Assembly: GCA_964566495.1 (NCBI GenBank)
Contig: CAZMIT010000039.1
Span: 1-14,608 of the forward strand
Direction of reading: 5' to 3'
DNA length: 14,608 nt
Source of the DNA: an uncultured bacterium
GTDB taxonomy: Bacteria; T1Sed10-126
How positions within the stretch are numbered: position 1 is the stretch's first letter; each line of letters opens with the position of its first letter. Position numbers and translations under genes: made by a program. Under the pieces are notes generated by a model. It searched no databases. It was not told the DNA's origin and saw only the letters and a program-made list of their open reading frames with translations. This document shows positions 1 to 6,762 of this stretch, piece by piece.

Positions 1-2
1 TG

Positions 3-980
3 CAGGCTGAGCTTGACCGCCGTCGTCCCGGCCAGAGCGACCTGAGCAGTTCGCGACGTGAAACTGATAAGGTCAAAATTTTAAGCGGAGTCTTTGAAGG
101 GGAGACACTGGGGACCCCAATCGGTTTAGAAATAAAGAATCGTGACGCCCGCCCCTCTGAGTATGAGGATCGCAAAGACGTCTACAGGCCCTCTCATGCC
201 GATTACACGTATGAGGCCAAATATGGCCGGCGCAACTGGATGGGTGGTGGGCGAGCCAGCGCGCGGGAAACGGCGGCCCGTGTCGCCGCCGGCGCTATCG
301 CTCGTAAGTGGCTGATCAAAAATCACGAGTTGGAGATAGTTGCCTGGGTGAAGGCGGTTGGCGAGATAGAGCTGGATAATTTTGAGATTGACCAGGTTAC
401 CCGGCAAAAAGTTGAAAGCAACGAGGTTCGCTGCCCCGATCCTGAGCTTGCCCAAAGAATGCGAAAAGCGATAGAAACCTGTCGGGACGAAGGGAACTCG
501 CTGGGGGGAGAACTGCAGTTTGTGGTTAGAAATGTTCCGGCGGGTTGGGGAGAACCGGTTTTTGACAAGCTCGAAGCAGAACTGGGTAAAGCTCTACTCT
601 CCATCCCGGCTGTTAAAGGAGTTCAGTTTGGCAGTGGTTTTGCCGGAGCTCGTTCAACGGCTAGCCGGCAGAACGATGAGTTCAAGATAGAAAACGGCAA
701 AGTCCGCACCCGCACTAACAATAGCGGTGGGGTGCAAGGAGGTATTAGCAACGGTATGCCCCTCTACGGCAGCCTTGCTTTTAAACCGGTTCCCACCATT
801 TCTCAACCTCAGGAAACAGTAAACGCCGCCGGTGAGCAGGTTACACTGGAGGCCGACGGGAGACATGATCCCTGCGTGCTGCCCCGGGCGGTCCCCGTGG
901 TAGAGTCTGAACTGGCCAGCGTCTTGATGGATCTTGCCCTCCGCCAGCGGGCTCAGAAAAACATTCCCACCAACAAGTAA
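3..980 (+). CDS. aroC: Chorismate synthase (5' end lies before the window)
   Basis: The frame is open from nt 3 (QAELDRRRPGQS...ILSGVFEGETLGTPIG...YRPSHADYTY..KYG), so the ORF-track ATG at 240 is internal. Signatures: GGGRASARETAARVAAGA, NNSGGVQGGISNG, FKPVPTI, GRHDPCVLPRAVPVVE. Confidence 0.97.
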   Translation, partial: QAELDRRRPGQSDLSSSRRETDKVKILSGVFEGETLGTPIGLEIKNRDARPSEYEDRKDVYRPSHADYTYEAKYGRRNWMGGGRASARETAARVAAGAIARKWLIKNHELEIVAWVKAVGEIELDNFEIDQVTRQKVESNEVRCPDPELAQRMRKAIETCRDEGNSLGGELQFVVRNVPAGWGEPVFDKLEAELGKALLSIPAVKGVQFGSGFAGARSTASRQNDEFKIENGKVRTRTNNSGGVQGGISNGMPLYGSLAFKPVPTISQPQETVNAAGEQVTLEADGRHDPCVLPRAVPVVESELASVLMDLALRQRAQKNIPTNK

Positions 981-995
981 CCAGGTGATTATAAA

Positions 996-2585
996 ATGGA
1001 AGCAAACTTAAATGAGGAGATACAGCGCCGTCGGACCGCCGCTATAATCGCCCACCCCGACGCCGGCAAAACTACTTTGACCGAAAAGATGTTGCTTTAC
1101 AGCGGTGTCATTCATCGGGCCGGTTCCGTCAAAAGTCGTAAGGCCGACCGCTATGCTACCTCCGACTGGATGGACATGGAGAAGGAGCGAGGGATCTCGA
1201 TAACCTCAAGTGTCCTTCAGTTTAATTATGAAAATTGTCACGTCAATCTACTGGATACTCCCGGTCATGCTGATTTCAGCGCTGACACGTACAGGACACT
1301 GGTTGCCGCGGACAGCGCAATTATTGTTCTGGATGGGACCAGTGGCGTTGAAAAACAGACTTACAAGCTATTTCGGTTTTGTAACAGGCACTCAATTCCT
1401 TTCTTTATCTTTGTTAACAAAATGGATCGTTTTGGACTGGAGCCTCTGGATCTGATGGATGAGACCGAGAAGGAGCTTGGCATTGAACTAAACGCGGCCA
1501 ACTGGCCGTTGGGACGGGGGAACAAATTTCGAGGTGTATACGATTGCAAGGAGGGGCGAGCAGTGCTTTATGAAAGTGCTGGCAAACACGGTCAGGAAGA
1601 GCTTGCGGAACAGGTTGTTGCGCTGGACAGCACCGAATTTGAAGCGGCGTTCGGACCTCACCAGGCCGAGGCTCTGCGGGAAGAGGTAGAGCTGGTTGAA
1701 ATAGCGGGTAGTAATTTTGAGCGGGAGAAATTTTTACGTGGCGCCCAGGCGCCGGTATTTTTTGGTAGTGCACAGACAAACATTGGCGTCAAACCATTTT
1801 TGAAACGTTTTGTTGACCTGGCTCCGCCACCGCGGTCCCGGGGGGGGATTGAACCCCAGAAGCAGGAGTTCAGTGGCTATATTTTTAAAATCCAGGCGAA
1901 CATGGATCCGAATCACCGCGACCGGCTTGCTTTTATGCGGGTTTGTAGTGGTCACTTTGAGAAAGATATGGAAGCCCAGATTGTTCGTAGTGGCAAGGAA
2001 ATAAAACTGGCCCAACCACGTCAGTTCATGGCCCAGGAACGGGAGGTAGTTGACCGGGCATATCCAGGCGATGTAGTTGGCCTTTTTGATCCGGGGATAT
2101 TTCACATTGGTGACTCTATTTCGGCAGGATTCGAGGTTGAATACAACGAAGTACCTCGCTTTTCCCCCGAACACTTCGCGCGGGTTAAAACTCTGGATGC
2201 CTTTAAAAAGAAACATCTGCGCCAGGGATTGGAGGAGCTGTCTGAAGAAGGGGCTATTCAGCTGTTTACTCCCTGGGAACACGGGCGGGACGAGACAATT
2301 GTGGGTGTGGTTGGGGAGTTGCAGCTTGAGGTCCTGGTTTACCGGCTGGGGGAAGAATATGGCGTTGACGCTGAGCTGGATATACTGCCCTTTAACCTGG
2401 CCCGCTGGATTGAGGGGGAAGATTTAGATTTGAGTGAATTTGCAACCGGGGCCTATCGGGAGCTGCTGGCCGACAAGGACGGTTACCCGCTGTTGCTTTT
2501 TAAAACGGAATTCACGTTTGAAAGGGACCAACGAGACCATCCGGAGGTTGAGTTTCACGACACTGCCCCATTGCATCGGGATTAG
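996..2585 (+). CDS. prfC: Peptide chain release factor 3
   Basis: GTPase motifs RRTAAIIAHPDAGKTTLTEK, DTPGHADFS and NKMD. RF3-typical SDWMDMEKERGISITSS and FKIQANMDPNHRDRLAF. 529 aa; SD AGGTGA upstream. Confidence 0.97.
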   Translation: MEANLNEEIQRRRTAAIIAHPDAGKTTLTEKMLLYSGVIHRAGSVKSRKADRYATSDWMDMEKERGISITSSVLQFNYENCHVNLLDTPGHADFSADTYRTLVAADSAIIVLDGTSGVEKQTYKLFRFCNRHSIPFFIFVNKMDRFGLEPLDLMDETEKELGIELNAANWPLGRGNKFRGVYDCKEGRAVLYESAGKHGQEELAEQVVALDSTEFEAAFGPHQAEALREEVELVEIAGSNFEREKFLRGAQAPVFFGSAQTNIGVKPFLKRFVDLAPPPRSRGGIEPQKQEFSGYIFKIQANMDPNHRDRLAFMRVCSGHFEKDMEAQIVRSGKEIKLAQPRQFMAQEREVVDRAYPGDVVGLFDPGIFHIGDSISAGFEVEYNEVPRFSPEHFARVKTLDAFKKKHLRQGLEELSEEGAIQLFTPWEHGRDETIVGVVGELQLEVLVYRLGEEYGVDAELDILPFNLARWIEGEDLDLSEFATGAYRELLADKDGYPLLLFKTEFTFERDQRDHPEVEFHDTAPLHRD

Positions 2586-2665
2586 CCCGGCGCTCTCCCC
2601 AGCCCTTCTCCTGTCTCCTCCCCTCACAAAGGGAAGTAATTCCGGTTTTGTTCCGGCAATCCCGG
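2586..2665. repeat. Degenerate REP-like palindromic remnants between convergent genes
   Basis: Pyrimidine tract ending TCCCCTCACAA, whose reverse complement occurs at 3879-3889. GTAATTCCGGTTTTGTTCCGGCAATCC (2636-2662) resembles the reverse complement of the split hairpin at 3909-3964. Confidence 0.45.
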
Positions 2666-2704
2666 CGGAGTTCGGCGGTACTTAGCGGGGGGCATGGAAG
2701 TCGT

Positions 2705-3601
2705 TTACATATCCATTGGATAGCCCAGGGCGTCCATGGGAAGGAAACGTTCGTCGAGCAGCCGGTCCAGGTTGACGTAGTTCTCACTGTCAGTAGCGGA
2801 AGCAATAATATCAGCCCAGTTTTCGTAAAGTTGGTGGTCCTGCGATAGGTCGCTGCAGAGGGAGCTCAGGCTGCTGTTTAAAAGGATCTCGCTGTTCTCT
2901 TCCCCAACTCCGGATTCGTAAAGTTCACGAGCTCGCTCGTGATCATTCTGCAACAGGCCCATCTTCTTATGGACGGAGTGCACAAAATCTCGCGACTGGT
3001 TGGGGTTGCTATCCGAATACTGGCGATTAGCAACCAGGATAAGCTGGCCGATTTCAGGGAGGTTATAGTTGTCAAAAAAAATAAAGTCGCCTTCCCAGTT
3101 CCGGGACTGTAGCAGAAGACCCTCCGGCATTATGGTGGCTGGGCCAAAAACGTCGAGTTTGCCTTGCTTGAGATTTTTAAGGCTTTCAACTGTTTTAGAG
3201 TGAAGTGTGTCAATCGAAAAATTTAACGTTTCCAGCTTCTCGTGCCGGCGCAGCTTGTTGAGCAGGGTATTGGTCAGTCTGTCACCAAGGTTCCGGCCAT
3301 CTATCTTCAGTTCTTCCGAAAGATTTTTCGGTTGGGCTACTGAATTTGAACGACAGAGGAATCCCCCTCGGCTCTTGAGGTAACAGGCAATTCCAACTAT
3401 TGAATTGCCGGCGAGAAAGTCTTTGACGAGCGCGGCGGGGTGGGTTAAGGCAAATTGCACCTGCCCCTCGTAAAGAGGAGTTAGCGAAGGGAAGGGCGTC
3501 TCTGGTTCAACAACTTCCAGTGCACCGGTTTTTTCGACGGCTAAAAGAGGCAAATGATGAGGTAAAATTTCTCGGTCAAGGAGTATTTTTGGTGATGACA
3601 T
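2705..3601 (-). CDS. NMT1/THI5-like (SsuA/THI5 binding-protein fold) protein without signal peptide
   Basis: N-terminus KILLDREILPHHLPLLAV..LEVVEP...LYEGQVQFAL and C-terminal LILVANRQY...NP...RDFV pattern fit the NMT1/THI5 family. SD GAGGGTGA precedes the ATG. 298 aa. Confidence 0.7.
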   Translation of the reverse strand: MSSPKILLDREILPHHLPLLAVEKTGALEVVEPETPFPSLTPLYEGQVQFALTHPAALVKDFLAGNSIVGIACYLKSRGGFLCRSNSVAQPKNLSEELKIDGRNLGDRLTNTLLNKLRRHEKLETLNFSIDTLHSKTVESLKNLKQGKLDVFGPATIMPEGLLLQSRNWEGDFIFFDNYNLPEIGQLILVANRQYSDSNPNQSRDFVHSVHKKMGLLQNDHERARELYESGVGEENSEILLNSSLSSLCSDLSQDHQLYENWADIIASATDSENYVNLDRLLDERFLPMDALGYPMDM

Positions 3602-3701
3602 CGTTGATCACCCTCTGATTTTAGTATGAATCCAGTCTGAAAGGTCTATTTTGATAAATTTAATTTACGGACGGAACTCTTCGTATGTTTCCGAAACAGA
3701 T

Positions 3702-3730
3702 ATTTTAACTGTAAAGTTGACTTTAAACAA
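3702..3730 (-). promoter_or_regulatory. Putative sigma70 promoter of the NMT1/THI5-like gene with an overlapping palindrome
   Basis: Minus strand TTGTTT (3730-3725)-N17-TAAAAT (3707-3702). Palindrome TAAAGT-tg-ACTTTA at 3712-3725 lies over the spacer. Confidence 0.4.
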
Positions 3731-3744
3731 CAAGACCTTCTAAC

Positions 3745-3964
3745 GTCATACAACCCACCGGAGCTCCCCTCTCCCCCTGGGGGGAGAGGGCCAGGGGGAG
3801 GGGAGAAAGGTATTTGATCACCCCCTCTTTTGTATTTTCTCTCCCTCATGGGGGAGAAAAGATTAGGGCTTCGGTAGGTTGTGAGGGGAAGCCAAAGGGG
3901 GGGAGAAGATGGAGTGCCGGGTCAAGCAACTGCAGGTCGGACATGATCCGCTACCGGCAATGAC
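3745..3964. repeat. Composite GC-rich REP/MITE-like palindromic element
   Basis: Outer IR 3750-3764/3868-3882 (13/15 match). Hairpins 3767-3790 (perfect 11 bp) and 3835-3860. Split GCCGGGTCAAGC...CCGGCAATGAC hairpin 3909-3964. Block bounded by GTCAT...ATGAC. Confidence 0.65.
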
Positions 3965-4020
3965 CAAATCGCTGGAAGGTTCTATTTAAACAACTCTTGC
4001 CGTTGCGCTTCGAAAAATAG

Positions 4021-4049
4021 TTGCAAAGCGAGAAGAAATTTATTATGGT
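4021..4049 (+). promoter_or_regulatory. Putative sigma70 promoter of the 63-aa gene
   Basis: TTGCAA (4021-4026)-N17-TATGGT (4044-4049), about 40 nt before ATG 4092. Confidence 0.5.
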
Positions 4050-4091
4050 TGTCTATTCAACAATAAATTAATTGGAGAGTGAGGTGAAACT

Positions 4092-4283
4092 ATGGCAGCT
4101 GAAGCTCCGCTGGAAGAGTTGGAACGGGTGAGTAACGAACTGGAGAGCCTGGAAATGAAATATCCTGACGCCTACTCGGATTTTTCTGATTTGTTTAAAA
4201 AAAATCGATCGGTGGGTTATAAAAACATCTGTAAGATGTTGATGGGGGAAGCAACGCCGCGAGAACTTAAGGGCATAGATTAG
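4092..4283 (+). CDS. Small hypothetical protein (63 aa, predicted helical)
   Basis: Strong SD GAGGTGA 4 nt before ATG, an upstream promoter, a TAG-TAA tandem stop and Glu-rich amphipathic composition like neighbouring genes. No function recognised. Confidence 0.85.
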   Translation: MAAEAPLEELERVSNELESLEMKYPDAYSDFSDLFKKNRSVGYKNICKMLMGEATPRELKGID

Positions 4284-4323
4284 TAAATTCTCACATTTTT
4301 CCTTCCCTGGATCCAGTTGCCAC

Positions 4324-4477
4324 CAAATGGGTGGGGTGGTTTGCTCAATCCTTCCCCGGGTAATTTAATTAGCTTTAAATTAACCGGGGATTATTGTGGA
4401 ACAAGTATTTTATTGCGGCAATACAGATGAAAATGTCGGCTACTAATTTTATTTCTTCAGTCCACCCAGCCCATTTG
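4324..4477. repeat. 154-bp element with imperfect terminal inverted repeats and a central hairpin
   Basis: CAAATGGGtgGGGTGG (4324-4339) vs CCACCCagCCCATTTG (4462-4477), 14/16. Flanked by AC on both sides. Inner stem at 4353-4390. Confidence 0.55.
4353..4397 (+). terminator. Possible intrinsic terminator after the 63-aa gene
   Basis: TCCCCGG-g-TAATTTAA / TTAAATTA-a-CCGGGGA stem followed by TTATTGT. The U-tract is weak. Confidence 0.3.
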
Positions 4478-4554
4478 ACGAGTGGGCGGCCTATGCACAG
4501 GCCGGGCTAAGTATATAGAGGAAAAATAATTCAAATCAAACGAGGTAGATACAG

Positions 4555-6672
4555 TTGAAGAAGGTAATTGTTGTAGAATCAGCCGCGAAGACAAAAACTA
4601 TTCGTAGGTTCTTAGGGGGCGAGTATGATGTTATTGCCTGTGGTGGTCACATTGTTGACCTGCCTGATGATGAGCTGGGCATCAATGTTGAACAGGGGTT
4701 TAAGGCGCGGTGGGAGCCTATACATTTTCGCGGTGCCGACAAGGTTAAGAGAGTAAGAAAACGGCTGGCTGACGCGGATGAGATATATCTGGCGACGGAC
4801 CCCGACAGGGAAGGGGAAGCAATAGCGGCGGACCTGCGGGAACATTGTACACCTTACGGGGCGGAGGTGAAAAGGATTGAATTTAATGCGATTGTTTACA
4901 GGGCGGTTCGTGAGGCTCTGGAAGCGCCGCGGCAGATAGATTCAAATCGTGTAGAAGCCCAACGGGCAAGACGGGTGCTTGATCGAATGATTGGTTTTGT
5001 AATCTCCTCGATAACGCAGTTTGATCCTGATGGTCCCGGTCTACCTTCGGCGGGCAGGGTTTTATGTCCAGCGGTAGCCCTGGTTGTTGACCGTGAACGT
5101 GAAATAGAGGCCTTTACACCCCGCCATTATTGGAAATTATACGCCTTGCTGGAGGCTGGGGGGGAAGAAGTTGAAGCGATTGTTGACGGTGAGTGGGAGG
5201 AGTTTGAAAAAATTAAATCTCAGGTGAAGGAATTGAACCAACTGGGATCTATGAAAGTAAACAGCGTTGACCTTGAGCCGCAGAGCAAGCAGAATCCACG
5301 TCCCCCCTACACCACCGATGCGCTGCAGGAAGCGGCTGACGAACTGTTAAATTTTCCGCCCGAAAAAACTATGTCGCTGGCCCAGGAGCTTTACCAGGGG
5401 GTGGAAATTGATGGCAAGCCGCAGGCCTTAATAACTTACATGCGCACGGATTCAACGCGTGTCTCCCCTCAGGCGCTAAACCAGGCCAAAGAAGCCCTGG
5501 GGAATTTTTATTCTCAGGATTTATACAACGGCCGCCCCTGGCGACCGGCTGGTGGAGAACAGGACGCTCACGAGGCAATTCGGCCGACGTCGCCGGAAGA
5601 TCCCGACTTGCATCCGGAGGTGTTGGAGGAACAAATTGGAGCTGATCTCTGGCAGCTTTATCGCTTGATTTATTACCGTTTCCTTGCCTCCCAGTCAAAA
5701 CCGGCGGTTTATAAAACAACTGAAATAAAACTAAGTGCCGGAGATGTGACCGCCGAGGCCCTGGGGAATGAACTGTTATCTTCGGGTTTTCTGAAAATTT
5801 ATAGAGAGATTCGTCCAAATTACGGTCGGGAGGAAGTGGAGCTTCCCCAGATTGAGGCCGGTGTTGAGCTAGATTTGAAACGTTCCTGGCCCGAGTCCAT
5901 GCAGACTTATCCACCGGCCCGTTACCGGGAGGGTGGATTGGTTCGCTCGCTCAAAGAGAAGGGCATTGGGAGACCGTCAACTTACGGGGATATCCTCGGT
6001 AAAATTAAGCGGGGCCGCGGTGGTTTTGGTTACGTTCGTAAACAGGGAGGGAAACTACGTCCAACCGATAAAGGGGAGCGCCTCTGTGACTATCTGAGAG
6101 AGGAATACGAACAGGTGATTTCCTACGAGTATACCAGCGGGATGGAAAAAGAACTGGACAGAATTGAGCGCAGTGAAAGTTCTTACCGTGAATTTCTTGA
6201 GACAGAGTTCCAGTGGTTGCGAGAGCCTTATGAAAAATCGAGTGAAAAAGGTTGGTTAAGTGGAGACCGGCCGACCCCGGCCCAGGTTAAATTTTTGAAA
6301 CAGCTTGAGAAACGGGTCGACCGCGAAGTGCCTTCGGAAGTATTCGAATCAAAAGAAAAAACAAGCGAGTGGATCGATAGGCTTCAGGAGGAGGAGAAGC
6401 CACTGGTGAAGATCACCGAAATTGATGAGGTGGATGTGAGCGGAGTGAACTGTTATCGGTTTGAACTTCGTTTTAACAAACGGCTTCCAGAAGAAGAAAG
6501 GGAATATCTGAAGACAAATAAGATGAAATACAGCCCGGGGAGCGTGGACCGGTTTCCGGGCTTCAGGTTTCAGAGGCAGGATTACGAGACAGTTAAAAAA
6601 TTTCGGGAGGAGTTAATTGAGCGCTACAACTCAAAAGACTCCCCGCTGGAGGCTCGACTCAAGGTAGAGTAA
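4555..6672 (+). CDS. topA: Type IA DNA topoisomerase (TopA-like) with atypical C-terminus
   Basis: TOPRIM motifs VIVVES..K, GGHIVDLP and LATDPDREGEAIA. Catalytic LITYMRTDS (Tyr295, nt 5437-5439), QDAHEAIRPT and GIGRPSTY. TTG start with SD GAGGT. No CxxC zinc ribbons. Confidence 0.93.
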   Translation: MKKVIVVESAAKTKTIRRFLGGEYDVIACGGHIVDLPDDELGINVEQGFKARWEPIHFRGADKVKRVRKRLADADEIYLATDPDREGEAIAADLREHCTPYGAEVKRIEFNAIVYRAVREALEAPRQIDSNRVEAQRARRVLDRMIGFVISSITQFDPDGPGLPSAGRVLCPAVALVVDREREIEAFTPRHYWKLYALLEAGGEEVEAIVDGEWEEFEKIKSQVKELNQLGSMKVNSVDLEPQSKQNPRPPYTTDALQEAADELLNFPPEKTMSLAQELYQGVEIDGKPQALITYMRTDSTRVSPQALNQAKEALGNFYSQDLYNGRPWRPAGGEQDAHEAIRPTSPEDPDLHPEVLEEQIGADLWQLYRLIYYRFLASQSKPAVYKTTEIKLSAGDVTAEALGNELLSSGFLKIYREIRPNYGREEVELPQIEAGVELDLKRSWPESMQTYPPARYREGGLVRSLKEKGIGRPSTYGDILGKIKRGRGGFGYVRKQGGKLRPTDKGERLCDYLREEYEQVISYEYTSGMEKELDRIERSESSYREFLETEFQWLREPYEKSSEKGWLSGDRPTPAQVKFLKQLEKRVDREVPSEVFESKEKTSEWIDRLQEEEKPLVKITEIDEVDVSGVNCYRFELRFNKRLPEEEREYLKTNKMKYSPGSVDRFPGFRFQRQDYETVKKFREELIERYNSKDSPLEARLKVE

Positions 6673-6762
6673 AACGGAGCAAAAAAGAGAAGTGAGTAAA
6701 ATGGGTTGTCGTGCCAAGTGCGCCAGTTAGCCAAAGCTGGTAAAGACTGCTCGAAAATGACC

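Noticed and set aside
240..980. ORF-track start of aroC at ATG 240
   Set aside because: The frame is open and AroC-like from nt 3, so the true start lies upstream of the window.
3602..3745. TPP riboswitch upstream of the NMT1/THI5-like gene
   Set aside because: No CTGAGA or ACCTGA...AATNCNNNCGNAGG core on the minus strand, and the region is AT-rich and promoter-like.
3646..3849. 67-aa minus-strand ORF (MRERKYKRGGDQIPFSPPPGPLPPGGEG...)
   Set aside because: Its Pro/Gly-rich sequence is a translation of the palindromic repeat. No SD or homology cue, and it runs through a predicted promoter.
3745..4505. CRISPR array or autonomous IS
   Set aside because: The repeats are inverted and degenerate, with no regularly spaced direct repeats and no cas or transposase ORF.
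4290..4510. 6S RNA, SRP RNA or other known ncRNA
   Set aside because: Long-range pairing exists, but I see no 6S central-bubble architecture or SRP GNRA-loop motif. Kept only as an unexplained structured element.
6720..6747. tRNA-like 5' fragment GCGCCAGTTAGCCAAAGCTGGTAAAG
   Set aside because: Resembles a D-arm, but there is no anticodon arm, T-arm (GTTCRA) or acceptor 3' strand, and no integrase nearby.
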